Shown here in pieces: positions 1 through 5,103 of a stretch of DNA of 5,103 nt. Origin of the DNA: a virus (Duplodnaviria; Heunggongvirae; Uroviricota; Caudoviricetes); IMG/VR virus record IMGVR_UViG_2602041905_000009, one strand, 5' to 3'. The notes beneath the pieces are model-generated. The model ran no database searches and had not been told where the DNA came from. It saw nothing but the letters and a program-made list of their open reading frames with translations. Within the stretch, counting starts at the first letter, position 1; the number at the start of each line of letters is the position of its first letter. A program made the translations under genes and the position numbers.

Positions 1-1172
1 GCGCTGAAGCTGTAGCGGAACGGCGCGCCATCATCCGGCATCACCACATTACTGCGGTTATAGGTCCACACCTTATCCGACGGTCGGTCCTGCACGAATG
101 TCAGCGTCTGCCCGTTCCATACCGGCATACAGCGCATCGCCGAGCAAAAATCACTGAGCACATCCCACGCCTTGCGCTGTGTGGTCAGGTACGCATTACA
201 GGTGATGCGCGGCTCCGTGCCGCCAAAGCCGTCCGGCACTGACTGGTCGCAATTCTGGCCGATGACATACAGCGCCCATTTATCCACATCTGCCGCACCA
301 AGACGTTTCCCCATGCCGTAGCGCGGATGGGTCAGCATATCCCACAGACACCAGGCCATGTTGTTGCTGTATGCTGGCTTAAACGTTCCGTCCCAGATAC
401 CGCTGTATTGCCGCGTCTGCGGGTTATAGTTCGACGGCACCTGCAGAATGCGCCCGCGAAGATGATAATTACGGCTCACCTGCTGGCTGCCGAACTGTTC
501 CGAGTCCACCTGCACGCCGACCAGTGCCGTGTTCGGGTAGCACTGTTTCACATCGATGATTTCGGTGTATGACGACCAGAGCGTTTTGTTCTGCAGCTGG
601 TCTGTGGTGCTGTCCGGCGTCATTCTGCGCATCCGGATATTAAACGGGCGCGGCGGCAGGTTATCCACCACCACCGAGGCCAGATACTGCGAGGTGGTTT
701 TGCCCTTAATGGTGATGTCTTTTTCCGTCACCCAGCCACCGTTACGCTGGATCTGAACCAGCAGGCGGACTTCCGACGGATTCCTGTCCCCCTTTGAGGT
801 GGTTTCCACCAGTGCCTGCACACCGAAGGTAAAGCGCAGACGGTCGATGTTTGCCGACGTGATGGTCCGGGTGATCGGCGTGTCATATTTCACTTCCGTA
901 CCCAGCACCGTCCCGGAGCCGGAGGATTCAAATCCCTCCGGCGGTGTCTGCTCCTGCTCACCTGCCCGGAACACCACCGTGACACCGGATATATTGGTAT
1001 TCCCCTCACTGTCCAGCACCGGCGTACTGTTCAGCAGCACGCTTTTTAATCCGTCCACCGGACCTTCAACCGGCCCTTCGCTGATGGCATCGATCACACT
1101 CAGCAGCTGCGTGGACTTCAGGTTGTCCCTCGCTTCGCGCGGGGTATGCCCCTTACTGCTTCCTTTACCCAT
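1..1172 (-). CDS. J: Tail tip attachment protein J (central tail fibre / host specificity protein), N-terminal ~390 codons; 3' end runs off the window start. Copy A.
   Basis: Minus-strand ATG at 1172..1170 translates to MGKGSSKGHTPREARDNLKSTQLLSVIDAIS..., matching lambda gpJ N-terminus from recall. Frame stays open to position 1; hand translation of 59..3 gives NRSNVVMPDDGAPFRYSFSA, also gpJ-like. Absent from the ORF track only because no stop codon lies inside the window. Confidence 0.9.
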   Translation of the reverse strand, partial: MGKGSSKGHTPREARDNLKSTQLLSVIDAISEGPVEGPVDGLKSVLLNSTPVLDSEGNTNISGVTVVFRAGEQEQTPPEGFESSGSGTVLGTEVKYDTPITRTITSANIDRLRFTFGVQALVETTSKGDRNPSEVRLLVQIQRNGGWVTEKDITIKGKTTSQYLASVVVDNLPPRPFNIRMRRMTPDSTTDQLQNKTLWSSYTEIIDVKQCYPNTALVGVQVDSEQFGSQQVSRNYHLRGRILQVPSNYNPQTRQYSGIWDGTFKPAYSNNMAWCLWDMLTHPRYGMGKRLGAADVDKWALYVIGQNCDQSVPDGFGGTEPRITCNAYLTTQRKAWDVLSDFCSAMRCMPVWNGQTLTFVQDRPSDKVWTYNRSNVVMPDDGAPFRYSFS

Positions 1173-1214
1173 TCCTCACACTCCATAAACAACAAAGCCG
1201 CCCAAAAGGCGGCT
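499..1214. repeat. Direct repeat, copy A of the J 5' region plus upstream hairpin; pairs with 1657..2373 (copy B) at roughly 95% nucleotide identity (hand-estimated)
   Basis: Visual alignment of 499..1214 against 1657..2373: about 35 mismatches over about 700 nt, with a cluster of differences about 40..80 nt inside the J 5' end. The plus-strand antisense track ORFs 556..756 / 1715..1909 and 799..1188 / 1958..2347 are near-identical pairs, reflecting this repeat. Confidence 0.9.
1196..1214 (-). terminator. GC-rich stem-loop (7-bp stem agccgcc / ggcggct, 5-nt loop) followed on the minus strand by TTGTTGTTTAT; candidate intrinsic terminator for the upstream lipoprotein gene, located 22 nt upstream of J copy A start
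   Basis: Perfect inverted repeat read directly from the sequence; U-rich tract follows on the minus-strand transcript; a homologous hairpin sits at the same place upstream of J copy B (2354..2373). Confidence 0.5.
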
Positions 1215-1238
1215 CATGAGTTACGACAGGATTAACTA

Positions 1239-1577
1239 TTATTTACATGCATTAACACTATCAGCAAAAATTTTTGGCGTTAATGCTGGTACACGTTCAT
1301 AAAGAGTAAAACTACTGCCATTTCCTGCTTTTTTGATATCAAGCACAACATCATATCCCCCCATAGCCTGTGGAACTAAAAGGCTTACCCCATTCTCAAT
1401 AGGAAGGGATGTTATAGGTGTTCCATTACCAGCCCATTGTCTGGATATGCAGCCTGACAATTCATCAATATTTTTTAATGAATTACCTTCCATTACAGGT
1501 TTTCCGGATTTTACGTAATCCAAAGATTTACATCCTGTTAAGGCAATAATCGTGCAGAATAAAATCGTTTTGTTCAT
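1239..1577 (-). CDS. Small predicted lipoprotein (112 aa precursor), unknown family; AT-rich moron-like gene
   Basis: ORF with ATG at 1577..1575 and TAA stop at 1241..1239. N-terminus MNKTILFCTIIALTGC has a basic n-region, hydrophobic core and lipobox L-T-G-C (signal peptidase II type), with Cys16 as predicted lipidation site and Lys at +2. Two further Cys in the mature part (..SGCISRQ.. and C-terminal ..NACK). Strongly AT-rich compared with flanking tail genes. The track ORF 1239..1589 begins at an upstream TTG; the ATG at 1577 is the more likely start. Confidence 0.6.
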   Translation of the reverse strand: MNKTILFCTIIALTGCKSLDYVKSGKPVMEGNSLKNIDELSGCISRQWAGNGTPITSLPIENGVSLLVPQAMGGYDVVLDIKKAGNGSSFTLYERVPALTPKIFADSVNACK

Positions 1578-1646
1578 ATAGCTAACCAATAGAATAATTA
1601 TCAGTGTTCGATATAAATATTAAATTAGTTAGAACATGAGTAAAAT
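1578..1646 (-). promoter_or_regulatory. AT-rich upstream region of the lipoprotein gene with a candidate -10 element (GATAAT, minus strand, original coordinates 1597..1602); truncated by the assembly gap
   Basis: Sequence inspection only; -10-like hexamer about 19 nt upstream of the ATG, no convincing -35 and no strong Shine-Dalgarno. The region is cut off at the N run, so the true promoter may lie beyond it. Confidence 0.25.
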
Positions 1647-1656
1647 NNNNNNNNNN
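1647..1656. other. Assembly/scaffold gap (10 x N)
   Basis: Literal run of n characters in the sequence. Confidence 0.99.
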
Positions 1657-2331
1657 CTCCGAGTCCACCTGTACGCCGACCAGTGCCGTGTTCGGGTAGC
1701 ACTGTTTCACATCGATGATTTCGGTGTATGACGACCAGAGCGTTTTGTTCTGCAACTGGTCTGTGGTGCTGTCCGGCGTCATCCTGCGCATCCGGATATT
1801 AAACGGGCGCGGCGGCAGGTTATCCACCACCACCGAGGCCAGATACTGCGACGTGGTTTTGCCCTTAATGGTGATGTCTTTTTCCGTCACCCAGCCACCG
1901 TTACGTTGAATCTGAACCAGCAGGCGGACTTCCGATGGATTCCTGTCCCCCTTTGAGGTGGTTTCCACCAGTGCCTGCACGCCGAAAGTAAAACGCAGAC
2001 GGTCAATGTTTGCCGACGTGATGGTCCGGGTGATCGGCGTGTCATATTTCACTTCTGTACCGAGCACCGTCTCGGAGCCGGAGGATTCAAATCCCTCCGG
2101 CGGAGTCTGCTCCTGCTCACCGGCCCGGAACACCACCGTGACGCCGAATATATTGGTATTCCCCTCACTGTCCAGCACCGGCGTACTGTTCAGCAGCACG
2201 CTTTTTAATCCATCCACCGGACCTTCAACCGGCCCTTCGCTGATGGCGTCTATCACGCTCAGCATCTGGGATGATTTCAGGTTGTCCTTCGCTTCGCGCG
2301 GGGTATGCCCCTTACTGCTGCCTTTACCCAT
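1657..2331 (-). CDS. J: Tail tip attachment protein J, N-terminal 225 codons, copy B; interrupted by the assembly gap at its 3' side
   Basis: ATG at 2331..2329; translation MGKGSSKGHTPREAKDNLKSSQMLSVIDAISEGPVEGPVDGLKSVLLNSTPVLD... matches lambda gpJ from recall. The track ORF 1582..2331 is a read-through across the N run into unrelated AT-rich sequence and is not a real single gene. Confidence 0.9.
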
Positions 2332-2353
2332 TCCTCATGCTCCATAAACGATA

Positions 2354-2373
2354 AAACCGCCCGGAGGCGGTTT
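2354..2373 (-). terminator. Conserved stem-loop in the I-J intergenic region (8-bp stem aaaccgcc / ggcggttt, 4-nt loop); possible attenuator/terminator or mRNA-stabilising hairpin
   Basis: Perfect inverted repeat read from the sequence; on the minus-strand transcript it is followed by a U-rich stretch (UUUUAUCGUUUAU) and then the J Shine-Dalgarno (GGAG) and start codon. Confidence 0.45.
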
Positions 2374-2391
2374 CACATAAAACATTTTGCA

Positions 2392-3063
2392 TCAGCGACC
2401 AATCACCACAACCTGACCACCATCCCCTTCGTCTGCCGTGCTGATCTCCTGAGAAACCACGCGTGACCCCACGCGCATTTCACCGTACAGAACCGGCAGA
2501 ACATTGCCCTGGGCAACCATGTTATCCAGTGAGGAGAAATAGGTGTTCTGTTTGCCGTTATCCGTTGTCTGTGTACGGGGAGTTCTGGCTTTCGGTGCCA
2601 GCATCTGCGCCACACCACCGAGCACCATACTGGCACCGAGAGAAAACAGGATGCCGGTCATACCACCGGCCCCAATGGCTGCCCCCCATGCTGCAAGGGT
2701 GGCTCCGGCGGTAAAGAATGATCCGGCAATGGCGGCAGCCCCCAGGACAATCTGGAATACGCCACCTGACTTGGCCCCGGCGACTCTGGGAACAATATGA
2801 ATCACAGCGCCATCAGGCAGAGTCTCATGTAACTGCGCCGTTAACCCGGACGTGCTGACGTCCCGCCCGGCAATCCGTACCTGATACCAGCCGTCGCTCA
2901 GTTTCTGACGAAACACCGGGAGCTGTGTGGCCAGTGCGCGGATGGCTTCAGCCCCCGTTTTCACACGAAGGTCGATGCGGCGGCCAAATCGTTGTAAATC
3001 CCCGTAAAGGCAGATGCGCGCCATGCCCGGTGACGCCAGAGGGAGTGTGTGCGTCGCTGCCAT
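2392..3063 (-). CDS. I: Tail tip assembly protein I (223 aa)
   Basis: Complete ORF; translation MAATHTLPLASPGMARICLYGDLQRFGRRIDLRVKTG... ending ...GGQVVVIGR is essentially lambda gpI from recall. Its start lies inside the 3' end of K in another frame. Confidence 0.92.
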   Translation of the reverse strand: MAATHTLPLASPGMARICLYGDLQRFGRRIDLRVKTGAEAIRALATQLPVFRQKLSDGWYQVRIAGRDVSTSGLTAQLHETLPDGAVIHIVPRVAGAKSGGVFQIVLGAAAIAGSFFTAGATLAAWGAAIGAGGMTGILFSLGASMVLGGVAQMLAPKARTPRTQTTDNGKQNTYFSSLDNMVAQGNVLPVLYGEMRVGSRVVSQEISTADEGDGGQVVVIGR

Positions 3064-3704
3064 TTGTCGGTATACCTCTCTCGTTTACTCAGTTGTTCAG
3101 GAATATGGTGCAGCAGCTCGCCGTCACCACAGTAAATAGCGGCATGATTCGGCACCGATGAACCAAAGCAGCACAGCAGCACATCGCCCGGCTGCGCCGC
3201 TGACAACGGCACCTGATACAGCCCTGTGGCCTCCAGATTATCAAGATAGAGATTCTGGCCGTTACGCCACCAGTCATCCTCACGATGAAAGTCCGGCATC
3301 TCAATCCCCGCCAGATGGTAAGCGTCCCGGAACAGCGTGTAACAGTCCGTCACCCCGTGCTCAAAGCGCCGCCCGGTGAGATGCGGCACACAGCGGAACT
3401 TATGAATCGCCCCCCGGCAGACCAGCCACCACGGCAAATCACTCTGCACCTGCAGCCGCCGGTCGGCCTCACTCAGCCAGGGCAGACCACCGGGATGACT
3501 GTGGACCAGCGCCACAATCTCACCCTGCATCTCTGCCTGCAGCCAGTCCTCCGGAGCCATCCGGAAATACGCCTCCGGCTCACCGGAGATATTCACGCAG
3601 GGAAAATATCTTTCCCCCTCCGGCGCTCTCACCACGAAGCCGCACGACTCCGCTGGCGCACATCGCCGGGCATGCGCCAGAATCGCTGATTCTGTCTCTG
3701 TCAT
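2961..3704 (-). CDS. K: Tail tip assembly protein K (247 aa as longest ORF), with MPN/JAMM-like and NlpC/P60-like peptidase motifs
   Basis: Translation MTETESAILAHARRCAPAESCGFVV... matches lambda gpK from recall. It contains an H-x-H-x7-S-x2-D motif (HSHPGGLPWLSEAD) typical of JAMM/MPN metalloenzymes and a downstream Cys/His arrangement (..DCYTLFRDAY.. ..NHAAIY..) consistent with NlpC/P60. An internal ATG at 3560 would give a 199-aa product; the ATG at 3704, 5 nt after the L stop, is preferred because it includes the conserved N-terminal region. Confidence 0.88.
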   Translation of the reverse strand: MTETESAILAHARRCAPAESCGFVVRAPEGERYFPCVNISGEPEAYFRMAPEDWLQAEMQGEIVALVHSHPGGLPWLSEADRRLQVQSDLPWWLVCRGAIHKFRCVPHLTGRRFEHGVTDCYTLFRDAYHLAGIEMPDFHREDDWWRNGQNLYLDNLEATGLYQVPLSAAQPGDVLLCCFGSSVPNHAAIYCGDGELLHHIPEQLSKRERYTDKWQRRTHSLWRHRAWRASAFTGIYNDLAAASTFV

Positions 3705-3709
3705 GGGAT

Positions 3710-4408
3710 TTACTGCGAAAGTTTGTTAATGGAAAGGAAGCCGCCAAAGTTGCCGACGTTATTGCGAAACTTACAGCCGCTCAGGCATTTGCTGCATTTA
3801 TCCTTCGTGATATCGGAAGTCGGCTGATCATATTCATCCGCGACCGCCGGACCGTGATAACCGCACTCATCACCGCGATAGGTCCAGGTGCAGGTATTAG
3901 CCAGCATGATGCGCCCCGGAAAAACGGCACCATCCGTTTCCGTCGGTGTGGACAGTACAAAGGAGGCACTGACCGCACTCAGTTCGCTGCACTGCTCGAT
4001 GCGCCAGCGGCTGATCACCTCCTGCTCCGGATCGGCGTCGCTGTTTCCGTTGACGAAGTTCACCGCATCCAGAAAACGGGCGTAAACCTTACGCCTGACC
4101 ACCGTTCCGCCGACCAGACTCTGCAGATCTTCCACCATCCCGGTGACCATACCGTACAGGTTAGAAACCGTCAGCGTGGGGCGCGTACTGGTGCCTTTGC
4201 CATTCAGTTCAAAACTACTCCCCTGAATGGGATACGGCTGATACTGTCGCCCCTGCCAGGTGACCGGCTCACCTTTTTCGTTCTGCTCATTACAGAAAAA
4301 ATAACGTTCTCCACCGACCTCTGTCAGATCGATTTCCCAGAGCACCACGCTGGCCGACTGCTCCGCACGGGTGCATTCATTCAATGTTTCCTGCCGGATA
4401 TCCTGCAT
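3710..4408 (-). CDS. L: Tail tip protein L (232 aa)
   Basis: Complete ORF; translation MQDIRQETLNECTRAEQSASVVLWEIDLTEVGGERYFFCNEQNEKGEPVTWQGRQYQPYPIQ... matches lambda gpL from recall. Its start codon overlaps the M stop (TGATG on the minus strand). Confidence 0.92.
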   Translation of the reverse strand: MQDIRQETLNECTRAEQSASVVLWEIDLTEVGGERYFFCNEQNEKGEPVTWQGRQYQPYPIQGSSFELNGKGTSTRPTLTVSNLYGMVTGMVEDLQSLVGGTVVRRKVYARFLDAVNFVNGNSDADPEQEVISRWRIEQCSELSAVSASFVLSTPTETDGAVFPGRIMLANTCTWTYRGDECGYHGPAVADEYDQPTSDITKDKCSKCLSGCKFRNNVGNFGGFLSINKLSQ

Positions 4409-4737
4409 CAGTTCACCACCTGTTCAAACTCTGCGCTGAACTCAACACGCAGCATACTGACCCGCGACGACCATTTTGCGCAGGTCACCTTTATCTGCCT
4501 GTAACCATAAGGCGGCGTCCACAGAAAGGCCTTCCAGCCCCCGTGCTCAGCCAGAAACGACTCCAGCGCCGTGGCCTCCTCACGGGAGACAGACAGCGTC
4601 ACGCTGTACGTTTTCAGGTCAGCGTTCAGCCCGGCAGGCGCACGCTGGGAATAGCCATCACCAAAGCGCACCTCCCTGACGGAAGGAGCCGATGTCACAT
4701 CCATCCCGGGTTTCACTTTCCAGCGGAAGGTTTTCAT
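4408..4737 (-). CDS. M: Tail tip protein M (109 aa)
   Basis: Complete ORF; translation MKTFRWKVKPGMDVTSAPSVREVRFGDGYSQRAPAGLNADLKTYSVTLSVSREEATALESF... matches lambda gpM from recall. ATGA overlap with the stop codon of H. Confidence 0.92.
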   Translation of the reverse strand: MKTFRWKVKPGMDVTSAPSVREVRFGDGYSQRAPAGLNADLKTYSVTLSVSREEATALESFLAEHGGWKAFLWTPPYGYRQIKVTCAKWSSRVSMLRVEFSAEFEQVVN

Positions 4738-5103
4738 CGTCCACCTCCGGAGAACAGACCACTATCGCGCATCTGTGCCTGGATTTCATCACGGGCACCC
4801 TTGCGGGCCATGTCATACACCGCCTTCATCATCTGTGGACCTGGCAGACCATTCGTACCGTCGTTCTGAATCACCACGTTGTTGTTCTGCTCAAACCTGA
4901 TACCCTCTGAACGCCGCATTTGCGCCGGACTTCCGGTGCCACCGACATAACCGCCGGTGGCATAGCCGCGCATCAGCCGGTAGAGATTTCCCACGCCAAT
5001 CCGGCTGGTTGCCTCCTTCGTGAAGACAAATTCACCACGGTGAACAATCCCCGCTGGCTCATATTTGCCGCCGGTTCCCGTAAATCCTCCGGTTGCAAAA
5101 TGG
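4734..5103 (-). CDS. H: Tail tape measure protein H, C-terminal ~122 codons (5' end outside the window)
   Basis: Frame is open from the window edge to the TGA at 4736..4734. Hand translation of 5102..4995 gives HFATGGFTGTGGKYEPAGIVHRGEFVFTKEATSRIG, continuous with the track ORF (V)GNLYRLMRGYATGGYVGGTGSPAQMRRSEGIRFEQNNNVVIQNDG..., the lambda gpH C-terminus from recall. The start at 4994 in the track is an internal GTG, not the real start. Confidence 0.9.
   Translation of the reverse strand, partial: HFATGGFTGTGGKYEPAGIVHRGEFVFTKEATSRIGVGNLYRLMRGYATGGYVGGTGSPAQMRRSEGIRFEQNNNVVIQNDGTNGLPGPQMMKAVYDMARKGARDEIQAQMRDSGLFSGGGR

Noticed and set aside
1239-1589. Identification of the lipoprotein as lambda Bor, Rz1, or a Cor/Llp-type FhuA-blocking protein
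   Set aside because: From memory the sequence does not resemble Bor or T5 Llp, and it is larger than Rz1. I cannot support a family assignment without a database search, so it is called only as a predicted lipoprotein of unknown family.
1636-1646. Plus-strand ATG (atgagtaaaat) running into the gap as a possible divergent gene start
   Set aside because: Only 11 nt are visible before the N run and there is no Shine-Dalgarno; this cannot be evaluated from the window.
1582-2331. Track ORF of 249 aa spanning the N run
   Set aside because: It is a chimera: the J copy B reading frame runs through the 10 N (translated as XXXX) into unrelated AT-rich sequence. The real J fragment ends at the gap (1657).
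2961-3063. Programmed ribosomal frameshift at the K/I overlap
   Set aside because: I has its own ATG start and full-length match to gpI. The known lambda tail-gene frameshift is in G-T, upstream of H and outside this window. The overlap is better explained as two independently initiated genes.
3558-3560. Internal ATG as the start of a shorter 199-aa K
   Set aside because: The longer ORF from 3704 begins 5 nt after the L stop, as expected for this tightly packed operon, and its N-terminal segment is part of the conserved K sequence. The shorter start would leave about 150 nt of unexplained open frame.
327-4910. Numerous plus-strand ORFs in the track (e.g. 799..1188, 1958..2347, 2463..2714, 2543..2800, 3285..3689, 3854..4504, 4384..4869)
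   Set aside because: All lie antisense to well-supported minus-strand tail genes whose translations match lambda proteins. Their products are low-complexity, Arg/Pro/Ser-rich, as expected from reverse frames of GC-rich coding DNA. The near-identical pairs 556..756 / 1715..1909 and 799..1188 / 1958..2347 simply reflect the J repeat.
1-5103. tRNA, rRNA, CRISPR array, IS element or integrase/att site
   Set aside because: No cloverleaf-like or repeat-spacer structure, no terminal inverted repeats with a transposase ORF, and no recombinase ORF were seen; the window is almost fully occupied by tail genes.

Overview
This window is the distal tail-tip assembly module of a lambda-like (lambdoid) prophage, entirely encoded on the minus strand in the canonical order H (3' end of tape measure), M, L, K, I, J. 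The proteins are near-identical to phage lambda gpH/gpM/gpL/gpK/gpI/gpJ by recall; no search was run. Two things break the canonical picture. First, there is a 10-nt run of N (1647..1656), i.e. a scaffold/assembly gap, inside the J gene region. Second, left of the gap sits an AT-rich ~0.4 kb islet (1239..1646) encoding a small predicted lipoprotein, followed by a second, non-identical copy of the J 5' region (1..1172, about 95% identical by eye to 1657..2331). In that second copy, homology to the I-J junction ends right after a conserved stem-loop just upstream of J, so the lipoprotein gene occupies the position where I would normally be. The lipoprotein is the most interesting candidate here: a possible moron or superinfection-exclusion factor of unknown family. 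All plus-strand ORFs in the track are antisense shadows of the minus-strand genes. No tRNA, rRNA, CRISPR or IS element was seen.
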